Shown: piece by piece, positions 36,750-45,991 of the stretch
Position numbering within the stretch: the stretch's first letter is position 1
How the letters are laid out: each line of letters begins with the position of its first letter
Origin: an uncultured Bacilli bacterium
Lineage (GTDB): Bacteria; Bacillota_I; Bacilli_A; RF39; UBA660
Length of the DNA stretch: 64,000 bases
Direction of reading: 5' to 3'
NCBI GenBank assembly: GCA_949505625.1
Contig: CATBQD010000001.1
Span: 74,770 to 138,769, forward strand
Program-made: the position numbers and the translations under genes
Notes under the pieces: model-generated
The model's input: only the letters and a program-made list of their open reading frames with translations
Databases searched by the model: none
What the model was told of the DNA's origin: nothing

Positions 36750-36777
36750 CGCTAGGATTATCTCTAGTGGTTTTTTT
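36750..36777 (+). terminator. leader terminator/attenuator upstream of pyrP
   Basis: CGCTAG-GATTATCT-CTAGTG (6 bp including one G-U) followed by TTTTTTT, 29 nt before the pyrP ATG. Confidence 0.45.
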
Positions 36778-36805
36778 GTATGTAGCCCAGATATAAGGAG
36801 GAAAA

Positions 36806-38098
36806 ATGAAAAAAGAAAAAAGCAAATTGGTTTTAGATACCAATGAAAAACCAACTCTTACCAAGTGGATTATTTTATCCATACAACATGTTTTCGCAAT
36901 GTTTGGAGCCACAATATTAGTTCCAATTTTAGTAAATGCGCAGGCAGGAGAGGTCGTATTAACAATTCCCGTGGCACTTGTTACTTCAGGAATTGGAACA
37001 TTAATTTATATTTTGTGTACAAAAGGAAAATCACCAGTATATTTAGGAAGCTCATTTGCGTTTATTGCTCCATTAGCAGCAGCTTACTTAAAAGGTGGAT
37101 TAAGTGGAGCTATGACAGGAATTATGGTTGTAGGAATTATCTATATTATATTTGCGACTTTAATTCGTTTTATAGGGAAAGGTTGGATAGATAAATTATT
37201 ACCACCAATTATTATTGGTCCTATGATTATGATTATTGGTCTTGGATTAGCGCCTTCTGCAATCTCACAGATTGGAATCGATGCTGGTTCCTCATTGGAG
37301 TGGAAAAATATCGTGGTTGCACTTACTGCATTTTTAGTAACTGCAATTGTAGCTGTTAGAGGAAAGGGATTTTTAAAAATTATTCCATTTTTAGTGGGAA
37401 TTGTATCTGGATATTTAGTAGCAGTATGTTTAGGATTAGTTGACTTTAAAGGAGTAGCAGAAGCAAGTTTCTTTAGCTTACCAGCATTTAAATTTCCATT
37501 TATTAGCTATACTCCAGATTTTGGAGCAGTCCTTACAATAGCTCCAATTGCACTTGTAACTATGGCAGAACATATTGGAGATCATACAGCACTTAGTACA
37601 ATTATTGGAAAAGATTTATTAAAAGATCCTGGACTTGATAAAACTTTATTAGGTGATGGAATTGCAACTTTTGTAGCTGGATTATTTGGAGGGCCTGCTA
37701 ATACTACTTATGGAGAAAATACCTCTGTCGTAGGAATGACGAAAATTGCTTCTGTTTGGGTAATTGGATTAGCAGCTATATTTGCAATATTCTTAGGTTT
37801 CTTAGGAAAATTTACTGCTTTAGTTTCTAGTATTCCGAGTGCAGTATTAGGTGGAGTATCCTTACTTTTATATGGATTTATTGCAGTGAATGGATTAAAA
37901 GTTTTAATTCAAAATCAAGTAGACTTTGGAAAAACGAAAAATGTGATTGTTGCATCAGCTATGCTAGTATTGGGCTTAGGAGGAGCAGCTATATCAATTG
38001 TAAGTGGAGATTTATCAGTAACCATTTCTGGAATGAGTTTAGCGGCCATTATTGGAATCTTAATTAATTTGTTATTGCCAGAAGAAAAGGAAGTGTAA
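36806..38098 (+). CDS. pyrP: uracil permease (NCS2 family)
   Basis: 430-aa polytopic protein. QHVFAMFGATILVP and the GENTSVVGMT-type motifs are typical of UraA/PyrP. It is coupled to upp. Confidence 0.9.
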   Translation: MKKEKSKLVLDTNEKPTLTKWIILSIQHVFAMFGATILVPILVNAQAGEVVLTIPVALVTSGIGTLIYILCTKGKSPVYLGSSFAFIAPLAAAYLKGGLSGAMTGIMVVGIIYIIFATLIRFIGKGWIDKLLPPIIIGPMIMIIGLGLAPSAISQIGIDAGSSLEWKNIVVALTAFLVTAIVAVRGKGFLKIIPFLVGIVSGYLVAVCLGLVDFKGVAEASFFSLPAFKFPFISYTPDFGAVLTIAPIALVTMAEHIGDHTALSTIIGKDLLKDPGLDKTLLGDGIATFVAGLFGGPANTTYGENTSVVGMTKIASVWVIGLAAIFAIFLGFLGKFTALVSSIPSAVLGGVSLLLYGFIAVNGLKVLIQNQVDFGKTKNVIVASAMLVLGLGGAAISIVSGDLSVTISGMSLAAIIGILINLLLPEEKEV

Positions 38099-38724
38099 TG
38101 ATGATAGTAGAAGTAAAACATCCATTTATAGAACATAAAATTGGAATTATGAGAGATAAAAATACAGGAACAAAAGAATTTCGAGAACTTGCCAGTGAAG
38201 TTGCAACATTCCTTTGTTATGAGGCGATGAAAGATACTAAATTAGAGACGATAGAAATAGAAACTCCACTTGTTAAAACAAAGGTTCAGAGATTAAATGA
38301 AGATAACTATACATTTATTCCTATTTTAAGAGCTGGAATGGGAATGAGTGATGGTATTATAAAAGCAATTCCAAATGCGAAAATTGGAGTTATTGGATTA
38401 TATCGAAATGAAGAAACATTAAAACCAGTAAAATACTATTATAAAGTTCCAAAAGATATTGAAAAGAGAGAAGTTATTTTATTAGATCCGATGTTAGCAA
38501 CTGGTGGAAGTGCGATTGATGCGATTAAAATGATTAAAGAAGAAGGTGTTAAGTCAATTAAGTTTTTATGCTTAATTGCTGCCCCAGAAGGAATTAAGAA
38601 AGTGGAAGAAACTTATCCAGATGTACAAATATATTGTGCCAAAATAGATGAACGCCTAAATGATATTGGTTATATTATTCCTGGACTTGGAGATGCCGGA
38701 GATAGAATTTTTGGAATCAAATAA
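38098..38724 (+). CDS. upp: uracil phosphoribosyltransferase
   Basis: HPFIEHKIGIMRD, ILRAGMGM, LLDPMLATGGSA and PGLGDAGDRIFG. It has a TAATG junction with pyrP. Confidence 0.97.
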   Translation: MMIVEVKHPFIEHKIGIMRDKNTGTKEFRELASEVATFLCYEAMKDTKLETIEIETPLVKTKVQRLNEDNYTFIPILRAGMGMSDGIIKAIPNAKIGVIGLYRNEETLKPVKYYYKVPKDIEKREVILLDPMLATGGSAIDAIKMIKEEGVKSIKFLCLIAAPEGIKKVEETYPDVQIYCAKIDERLNDIGYIIPGLGDAGDRIFGIK

Positions 38725-38752
38725 AATCATAGAATTATCTATGATTTTTTTT
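38723..38752 (+). terminator. intrinsic terminator after upp
   Basis: AAAATCATAGA-ATTA-TCTATGATTTTTTTT. Confidence 0.8.
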
Positions 38753-38759
38753 CATTTTT

Positions 38760-38768
38760 TGCTATAAT
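38760..38768 (+). promoter_or_regulatory. extended -10 promoter element TGCTATAAT (rlmN)
   Basis: TTTTGCTATAAT lies 17 nt upstream of the rlmN ATG. Confidence 0.5.
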
Positions 38769-38785
38769 GATAATAGGGTGTTTGT

Positions 38786-39808
38786 ATGAAAAATATATAT
38801 GGGTTTACATTACCTAAATTAGAAAATTATTTTTTAGAAAAAGGCGATAAAAAATTTAAAGCGACTCAAGTCTTTGAATGGCTTTATAAACATCGCATTC
38901 ATTCCTTTGAGGAAATGAGGAATGTAAGTAAAAATACAATTGCTGAATTAAAGGAAGACTTTACCTTGACACCCTTAACATTATTACAACAACAAATTGA
39001 CACTGATGTATGTAAATTTCTATTTGGATTAGAAGATGGTAATAAAATAGAAGCTGTTTTAATGAAACATGATTATGGAAATAGTTTATGTGTTTCAAGT
39101 CAAGTTGGTTGTAATATGGGATGTACATTTTGTGAAAGTGGAAGATTAAAAAAAGTAAGAAATTTAGAAGTTCATGAAATGGTAGAACAAATATTACTAG
39201 TAGAACAAGAATTAGATCTTAAAATTAGTCATTTAGTTCTTATGGGAATTGGAGAGCCTTTTGATAACTATGATAATGTAATGGAATTTATTTCTATTTT
39301 AAATGAGCCAAAAGGAATCGATTTAGGAGCTAGACATATTACAGTTTCAACTTGTGGAATTGTTCCAAAAATATTGGAATTTATGAAAAGTGGAAAACAA
39401 GTTAATTTAGCAATTTCCCTTCATGCTCCAAATAATGAAATTCGAAATAAAATTATGAAAATTAATCAGGTGTACAAAATTGAAGATGTGATAGAAGCTG
39501 TAAAAAAATATTTTGAAGAAACAAATAGAAGAGTTACTTTTGAATATATATTATTAAAGGGAATAAATGATAAAAAAGAACATGCTATAGAGTTAGCCAA
39601 TTTATTAAAAGATATCAATTGTTATGTTAATTTGATTCCTTATAATGAGACAAGTCATATAGAGTATAAAAAGAGCTCAAAAGAAACAATTATGGAATTT
39701 TATGATACCTTAAAGAAGAATCATACAAATGTAACAATTAGAAAAGAATTTGGTTCAAAAGTAAGTGCTGCTTGTGGGCAACTAAGAGCCAATTATGAGG
39801 AGGGATAA
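38786..39808 (+). CDS. rlmN: 23S rRNA/tRNA A2503/A37 C2-methyltransferase (radical SAM)
   Basis: FKATQVFEWLY, radical-SAM motif CNMGCTFCESG, GEPFDNY and the C-terminal ACGQL. Confidence 0.95.
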   Translation: MKNIYGFTLPKLENYFLEKGDKKFKATQVFEWLYKHRIHSFEEMRNVSKNTIAELKEDFTLTPLTLLQQQIDTDVCKFLFGLEDGNKIEAVLMKHDYGNSLCVSSQVGCNMGCTFCESGRLKKVRNLEVHEMVEQILLVEQELDLKISHLVLMGIGEPFDNYDNVMEFISILNEPKGIDLGARHITVSTCGIVPKILEFMKSGKQVNLAISLHAPNNEIRNKIMKINQVYKIEDVIEAVKKYFEETNRRVTFEYILLKGINDKKEHAIELANLLKDINCYVNLIPYNETSHIEYKKSSKETIMEFYDTLKKNHTNVTIRKEFGSKVSAACGQLRANYEEG

Positions 39809-39809
39809 T

Positions 39810-40544
39810 ATGGAATATTATTATTTAACAGACCCAGGAAAAGTAAGAGAACATAATGAGGATAGTGTCATTATTGTAAAAAATAAAAGCAATGAATTAT
39901 TACTTGCAGTAGCAGATGGAATGGGTGGGCATAAAGCTGGTGAAATTGCTTCTAGTATTGCGATTTCTCATATTGGAAAAAGGTTTTCAGAAATCAGTAG
40001 TATTGGAAATAAAGAAGATGCAGTTGCATGGATTAAAGACATTGTAAGTGAAGTAAATGTTTTAATTTATAAATATACAGCAGAACATCCAGAAAGTACA
40101 GGAATGGGAACAACTTTAGTACTAGCGGTACTTACTAGTGATTTCTTATTGTTTGGAAATATTGGAGATAGTTCAGGATATGTCATGAAAAATGATAGAT
40201 TACATAAAATTACAACAGATCATACATTGGTAAATTTACTTGTAAAATCTGGAGAATTAACTCCAGAAGAAGCCAAAGAACATCCGAGAAAAAATGTCTT
40301 GATGAGGGCATTAGGTGCTTCTACTATAGTGGAAATGGATATTTTTGATGTAGAAACAGATGTAGATGGAATTTTCTTATGTAGTGATGGATTAACAAAT
40401 ATGCTTCAAGAAGAACAAATTACAAGTGTATTGAATGAGGATATTACTTTAGAAGAAAAAGTAAAAAAATTAATTACAAAAAGTAATAATAGGGGTGGAA
40501 ATGATAATATTTCTATCGCATGTTTATTAAAGGATGGTGTATAG
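39810..40544 (+). CDS. prpC: PP2C-family Ser/Thr protein phosphatase (PrpC/Stp)
   Basis: REHNEDS, VADGMGGH, LCSDGL and GGNDNIS. The start is at the ATG after GGAGGGA. Confidence 0.9.
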   Translation: MEYYYLTDPGKVREHNEDSVIIVKNKSNELLLAVADGMGGHKAGEIASSIAISHIGKRFSEISSIGNKEDAVAWIKDIVSEVNVLIYKYTAEHPESTGMGTTLVLAVLTSDFLLFGNIGDSSGYVMKNDRLHKITTDHTLVNLLVKSGELTPEEAKEHPRKNVLMRALGASTIVEMDIFDVETDVDGIFLCSDGLTNMLQEEQITSVLNEDITLEEKVKKLITKSNNRGGNDNISIACLLKDGV

Positions 40545-40545
40545 A

Positions 40546-42357
40546 ATGATTATTAAAGGTCAAAAAATTAATGATCGTTATCAAATTATCCGTACAATCG
40601 GAGAAGGTGGAATGGCAAATGTTTATTTGGCTTATGATACTATATTAGATAGAAATGTAGCTGTTAAAATTTTGAGAGGAGATCTTGCAGACGATGAAAA
40701 ATTTGTAAGAAGATTTCAAAGAGAAGCGATTGCTGCAAGTTCTTTAAGTCATCCAAATATTGTAGAAATGTACGATGTTGGAGAAGATGATGGTAAGTAT
40801 TTTATTGTCATGGAGTATGTGGATGGAAAAACTTTAAAAAGCTTAATAAAAAAACGTGGTGCCTTAACATTATCAGAAGTAATTGATATTATGCTACAAT
40901 TAACAAGTGCGATTGCATGTGCTCATGATAGTTATATTATTCATCGTGATATAAAACCACAGAATGTTATGATTTTAGAAGACGGAAGAGTAAAGATCAT
41001 GGATTTTGGAATTGCTATGGCGTTAAATAGTAATGAACTTACTCAAACAAATTCAGTTATGGGATCTGTACATTATTTGCCACCTGAACAAGCGAATGGA
41101 AAAGGTTCTACTATGAAAAGTGATATTTATTCTCTTGGAATTTTAATGTTTGAATTATTAACAGGAAAGCTTCCGTTTAGAGGAGATCAAGCAGTAGAGA
41201 TTGCGATTAAGCAAATGAAAGAACCAATTCCAAGTGTTTGCAAAATAAATCCAAATATTCCACAATCAGTAGAAAATATTATTTTGAAAGCATGTGCAAA
41301 AAATCCGAAAAATCGATATGATTCAGTAAAAGAAATGAGAGAGGATATTGAAAAGAGTATGGACCCAGAGCATCAATTTGAAGAACGTCATGTATACAAA
41401 TTTCCAGAGCAAGATTTAGAAGAAACAAAAATTATGCCACCAATAAAAGGTGTCAAAAAGGAAGAACCTGAAAAGATAGCAACTTTAGATGATGAAGAAA
41501 ATAGTGGAAAAGAAAAACAAAGAAAAAATAATAAGAAATGGCTTATTGTGGGCGGGATTATAACAAGTATATTGATAATTTTTATAGTTGTTTTCTTACT
41601 TATTTTAAAACCGATGTTTACAAAAGAAAAAGAAGTAAAAATTCCAAATGTAAAGGAAATGACTTTAGAACAAGCAAAAGAAATGATTACAAATAACGGA
41701 GAAGTTGATCTTGTTATTGAAACCAAAGAAGAATATAGTGATACAATAGAAACTGGTAGAGTAATTGAAACGAAACCTAAAATTGGAAATAATGTAAAAA
41801 TAGGGACAAAAATTACTGTAGTTATTTCTAAAGGAAAAGAAGGAATTGAAATAACTGATTTTAAAGGAGAGAAGTTTGATGATATCAAAAAAATACTTGA
41901 GAAGGCAGGAATTAATGTAAAAGAAGGAGAAATTATTGAAATTTCTGAAGAGACTGATGATGAAAAAGATGGTGCGATTACAGCTCAAGATGTAGAAGTC
42001 GGAACATATTTGAAGAATGGGGATTCAATTACTTTAAGTTATAATAAATTAGTAGCGGGTTATCCTGATTTTACAGATGGAACCTGGAATGAAGAAAGCA
42101 TTAGAGAATTTTGTGAAAAGAATGATATCATTCCAACCATAAAATGGGTAGAAGATAAAACGAAACCAGAAGGAACAATACTATCACAGAGTAGAGAAGC
42201 AAAAACAAAAATTTATAAAAATACTTCTATTGTTATAGAAATAGCGAAAAAACCAGCAGAGGTAGAAAAACCTCCTGTTTCAGACGATGATAAAGATGAT
42301 GATAAAAAAGATGATGACAAAGAGACTTCTGAAAAAGAAGAAGCAAAAACGGAGTAA
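40546..42357 (+). CDS. prkC: Ser/Thr protein kinase with PASTA repeats (PrkC)
   Basis: GEGGMANVY, VAVK, HRDIKPQN and DFG, followed by a TM helix, three PASTA-like repeats and a D/K-rich tail. The start follows the B. subtilis PrkC N-terminus pattern. Confidence 0.9.
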   Translation: MIIKGQKINDRYQIIRTIGEGGMANVYLAYDTILDRNVAVKILRGDLADDEKFVRRFQREAIAASSLSHPNIVEMYDVGEDDGKYFIVMEYVDGKTLKSLIKKRGALTLSEVIDIMLQLTSAIACAHDSYIIHRDIKPQNVMILEDGRVKIMDFGIAMALNSNELTQTNSVMGSVHYLPPEQANGKGSTMKSDIYSLGILMFELLTGKLPFRGDQAVEIAIKQMKEPIPSVCKINPNIPQSVENIILKACAKNPKNRYDSVKEMREDIEKSMDPEHQFEERHVYKFPEQDLEETKIMPPIKGVKKEEPEKIATLDDEENSGKEKQRKNNKKWLIVGGIITSILIIFIVVFLLILKPMFTKEKEVKIPNVKEMTLEQAKEMITNNGEVDLVIETKEEYSDTIETGRVIETKPKIGNNVKIGTKITVVISKGKEGIEITDFKGEKFDDIKKILEKAGINVKEGEIIEISEETDDEKDGAITAQDVEVGTYLKNGDSITLSYNKLVAGYPDFTDGTWNEESIREFCEKNDIIPTIKWVEDKTKPEGTILSQSREAKTKIYKNTSIVIEIAKKPAEVEKPPVSDDDKDDDKKDDDKETSEKEEAKTE

Positions 42358-42359
42358 TT

Positions 42360-43193
42360 ATGCGTGGAAGAATTATTAAATTAATCAGCAATGATTATAC
42401 TGTTTATGCAGAAGATAAAAAAGAATATATTTGTAAATCAAGAGGAAAATTTAGAAATGAAAAAATAAAACCTTATGTAGGAGATTTCGTAGAGTTCGAT
42501 CCTATTAATCAGTATATTTTAAGTATTGAGAAAAGGCGGAATGAATTGATAAGGCCTCCTGTTAGCAATATTGATCAGGTAATTGTTGTAACTAGTACAA
42601 AGTTGCCTGATTTTTCAAGTAATTTACTTGATAAATTATTATATATTATTTCGTTTCATAATATTAAGCCTGTTATCTGTTTTACAAAATTAGATTTATT
42701 AAAAGAAGATGAAAAAAGGGATATCGACAATATAGTACACTATTATAAATCAATTGGATATGAAGTGTGCTTAAATACAGAAATTGACAAAATAAAAGCA
42801 TTATTAAATGGAAAGGTGACAGTTTTTACAGGACAAAGTGGAGCTGGAAAGTCTACATTATTAAATAAACTAGATCCTACATTAAAACTTTTAACGGATG
42901 AAATTTCAATTGCTTTAGGAAGAGGAAAACATACAACTAGACATGTAGAATTACATTCTTTGTTTGGTGGGTGGGTAGCAGATACACCAGGTTTTTCTTC
43001 AGTCGATTTTGAAGGTATGACAAGTAGTGATATTAGAGATCAAGTACTTGAATTTGAAAAATATAAAGAAGAATGTAAGTACAAAGATTGCATGCATGTA
43101 AAAGAAGATTCATGTAGAATAAAAGAATTAGTAGAAGATCACACTATTTTACCTAGTAGATATCAAAATTATCTAAAATTTATAGGTAGGTGA
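42360..43193 (+). CDS. rsgA: ribosome small subunit biogenesis GTPase RsgA
   Basis: Circularly permuted GTPase (TKLDL ... GQSGAGKST) with a C-terminal zinc motif CKYKDCMHVKEDSC. Confidence 0.95.
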   Translation: MRGRIIKLISNDYTVYAEDKKEYICKSRGKFRNEKIKPYVGDFVEFDPINQYILSIEKRRNELIRPPVSNIDQVIVVTSTKLPDFSSNLLDKLLYIISFHNIKPVICFTKLDLLKEDEKRDIDNIVHYYKSIGYEVCLNTEIDKIKALLNGKVTVFTGQSGAGKSTLLNKLDPTLKLLTDEISIALGRGKHTTRHVELHSLFGGWVADTPGFSSVDFEGMTSSDIRDQVLEFEKYKEECKYKDCMHVKEDSCRIKELVEDHTILPSRYQNYLKFIGR

Positions 43194-43197
43194 GATA

Positions 43198-43839
43198 ATG
43201 CAATTATCAGTATCTTTTTTAGGAATAAAAGAAAATAGAAAAGAAAGTATTTTAAAACTAAGTAATGAAAAAATCGATTTTTTGCACATTGATGTAATGG
43301 ATGGGGAGTTTGTAGAGAATAAAACAGAAAGCTTAGAAGAAATGAAAAGGATTCTTCCTCTTTCTGTTCCGTTTGATGTTCACTTAATGGTTAAAGATAC
43401 ACTATCTTATATAGAAGAATATGCATCTTTAAGACCTCATTATATGACGATTCATGCAGAAGTAGAAGGTTTACTAAAAGGAATAGATCTTATAAAAAGT
43501 AAAAATATAAAAGTGGGAATATCCATTAATCCTGATACACCAATTCAAAAGATCATTCCTTATTTACCACTTGTAGATTTGATTTTAGTAATGACTGTTA
43601 AACCAGGAAAAAGCGGTCAGAAGTTAATTCTAAGTACAACTAATAAAGTAAATGAGTTAAAAAGGATTCGTGATATTCAAAAATATAATTATCAAATTGA
43701 AGTAGATGGTGGAATTGATGATGTCACAATTAAAATGTGTAAAAATGCAGATATATTTGTGGTTGGAACTTATATTACAGAACGTATGAGCTATGAAAAA
43801 CAAATATTTAGATTAAAACAAGCTTTAGAAGAAAACTAA
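43198..43839 (+). CDS. rpe: ribulose-phosphate 3-epimerase
   Basis: HIDVMDGEFVEN, HLMV and TIHAE motifs, in the conserved position after rsgA. Confidence 0.85.
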   Translation: MQLSVSFLGIKENRKESILKLSNEKIDFLHIDVMDGEFVENKTESLEEMKRILPLSVPFDVHLMVKDTLSYIEEYASLRPHYMTIHAEVEGLLKGIDLIKSKNIKVGISINPDTPIQKIIPYLPLVDLILVMTVKPGKSGQKLILSTTNKVNELKRIRDIQKYNYQIEVDGGIDDVTIKMCKNADIFVVGTYITERMSYEKQIFRLKQALEEN

Positions 43840-43906
43840 GGCTTTTTAATTTGCAATTTTAAATAAAATGTATTATAATAACACCACTAAAAAAAGGGGG
43901 ATTTAT

Positions 43907-44740
43907 ATGACCTATAAATTAGAAAAAAATAGTCCATATAATCATAAAAAGGTATCATTTATTAAAAGGTTCTGTTCAAAAATGATAGTATTATTGATTT
44001 GTGGAAGTTTATTAACTGTAAGTGGTCGAATGGCAAATATGTATAGAATATCAAAAGCAACTGAACAATATGAAGAGACAATTTCTTTGTATGAAGAGAT
44101 AATAAAATCAACTGCACAATATATACAAGGGAGCGGTGGAGATAATCCAGAAAAATGTTTTAGATTATATACTCAATTATTATGGAGTGGATATCTTTCA
44201 AATGGTAGAACTTATAAATATAGTATTGAAGATCAAAATAATATTATTGGAAATTATGGTGCGAGAATTGCAACAGGAGAAGGAGATTGTAAAAACAATG
44301 AAGATTTTTTCTATAAAGTAATGAAATTGCTAGGATATGAAACATATCAAGTTGCTTGTGTTCAAAATGCCAAATCTCCTCAAGATTTTATAATGGGAAA
44401 TCATATGATAACAGTTGTAAATTATAACGGTGTAGAATATTATTTTGATGCAACAAATGCTTGTTCTTATCAAAAAGTAGGAGCTAATTATGTTCAAAAT
44501 GAAAATAAAGATTTAGAGATTATATTAAAACCATTAGTAAGCTATATTTATGGTTACAATAATGCATTAGAGACAGTTCATTTATTTTTGAATACATCTG
44601 GTTTAAAATCAGGAGAATCTTTTGAAGCAGGAACACAAGCGATAAGAAACAGAACAAGTAGTCAAAAAATTCTTGTGTTAAGAAAACAAATTGATTCTCA
44701 ATTACAAATGATTTGTAGTACAATTGTAAATGAGGGATAA
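43907..44740 (+). CDS. transglutaminase-like cysteine protease-fold membrane protein
   Basis: N-terminal TM helix. The Cys-His-Asp arrangement GEGDCKN ... GNHMITVV ... YFDATN is typical of the transglutaminase core. The start is at the ATG after AAGGGGGA. Confidence 0.5.
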   Translation: MTYKLEKNSPYNHKKVSFIKRFCSKMIVLLICGSLLTVSGRMANMYRISKATEQYEETISLYEEIIKSTAQYIQGSGGDNPEKCFRLYTQLLWSGYLSNGRTYKYSIEDQNNIIGNYGARIATGEGDCKNNEDFFYKVMKLLGYETYQVACVQNAKSPQDFIMGNHMITVVNYNGVEYYFDATNACSYQKVGANYVQNENKDLEIILKPLVSYIYGYNNALETVHLFLNTSGLKSGESFEAGTQAIRNRTSSQKILVLRKQIDSQLQMICSTIVNEG

Positions 44741-44741
44741 T

Positions 44742-45593
44742 ATGTCAGGTATATTAGTAGTTTATAAAGATGCTGGAATGACAAGTAGAGATGTTGTTAA
44801 TGAAGTTGGAAAATTATTACATATAAAAAGGATTGGACATACAGGAACATTGGATCCAATGGCAACAGGCGTATTAGTTTTATGTGTGGGAAAAGCTACA
44901 AAAATAGTAGAATTATTAACAGCAACAGAAAAAGAATATATAGCGGAGATTACATTAGGAATTGAAACAGATACTTTAGATAGCACTGGAATGATTATAA
45001 AACAAGAAGAAGTAAATATTACAAAAGCTCAAGTAGAAGAAGTATTAAATTCAATGATTGGCAGTTATGAACAAGAAGTACCGCTTTATTCAGCTATTCA
45101 TGTAGATGGGAAGAAACTCTATGAATATGCCAGAAATAAGGAACAAGTAATATTGCCATCTAGAATGGTAACGATAAAGTCATTAGAATTAATAGAATTT
45201 GAAAATAATATATTTAAAGTGAAGACAACTGTAAGTAAAGGAACCTATATTAGAAGTCTAGTAAGAGATATTGCTAAAAAATTAGGTACAATAGGAACTA
45301 TGTCTAAATTAGAAAGAACCAGACAAGGGAAGTTTCATTTAGAAGATTGTGTAACATTAAGCGATATCAAAAATGAACAATATCAATTTTTAGATATTAA
45401 AGAAGCATTAGTCGAATATCCAACATTAGAAGTAGACCAAGAATTAGAGGCAAGAATCAGAAATGGACAAGTTCTAAAAAATACTTTTGGGCAACCTACT
45501 ATTTTATTTTTAAATCAAAATCAGATTCCATTAGCGCTCTATCAAACTTATGAGAAAGATAAAGAATATTTAAAACCATGGAAAATGTTTTAG
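44742..45593 (+). CDS. truB: tRNA pseudouridine(55) synthase
   Basis: GILVVYKDAGMTS and HTGTLDPMATGVL (catalytic Asp). The start is after GAGGGA. Confidence 0.95.
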   Translation: MSGILVVYKDAGMTSRDVVNEVGKLLHIKRIGHTGTLDPMATGVLVLCVGKATKIVELLTATEKEYIAEITLGIETDTLDSTGMIIKQEEVNITKAQVEEVLNSMIGSYEQEVPLYSAIHVDGKKLYEYARNKEQVILPSRMVTIKSLELIEFENNIFKVKTTVSKGTYIRSLVRDIAKKLGTIGTMSKLERTRQGKFHLEDCVTLSDIKNEQYQFLDIKEALVEYPTLEVDQELEARIRNGQVLKNTFGQPTILFLNQNQIPLALYQTYEKDKEYLKPWKMF

Positions 45594-45991
45594 TTAATAA
45601 CAGAGATGTTAGAGGATATATTGATCCAAGAGGAATTTTTATTAGAATTGCCCATTTAGATTTAGGCGAAGATCCGGTTGAAATTATAGCCGAGTCAATT
45701 GTTAGAAATATTGAAAAATCTACAGTGTTAGAACAAACAATGAAAGAAAGATATAATACAAATGGGAATCGATTATATCAAAACTATTTGATAGACTATT
45801 ACTTTTATGTATATATACATCTTTATTATGGAGATGAATCAGTAGAAATAAGAGAAATAAAGAGTCCAAAAGATATAGAAGATGTAACCGACTTTCAAAA
45901 AAATAGAATTAAAATATTGTGTAAAAATGGAATTGCAACAGAAGATTTACCAAAAATATTAGAAATTGGAGGAAAGAATGAAAAATTTTAG
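45578..45991 (+). CDS. hypothetical protein
   Basis: 137-aa ORF overlapping the truB end by 16 nt and the next gene by 14 nt. There is no clear SD and I recognise no family. Confidence 0.4.
   Translation: MENVLVNNRDVRGYIDPRGIFIRIAHLDLGEDPVEIIAESIVRNIEKSTVLEQTMKERYNTNGNRLYQNYLIDYYFYVYIHLYYGDESVEIREIKSPKDIEDVTDFQKNRIKILCKNGIATEDLPKILEIGGKNEKF

Noticed and set aside
36640-36780. I looked for a PyrR-binding loop (..UCCAGAGAGG..) in the pyrP-upp leader.
   Set aside because: It is not present on the transcribed strand. The closest match, CCACTAGAGATAA, is on the opposite strand, so no PyrR element is annotated.
41500-42357. Low-complexity K/E/D-rich DNA at the prkC 3' end (GATGATAAA-type repeats), considered as a tandem repeat feature.
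   Set aside because: It encodes the charged juxtamembrane linker and the C-terminal tail of PrkC. It is short and imperfect, and is a compositional rather than a structural repeat.
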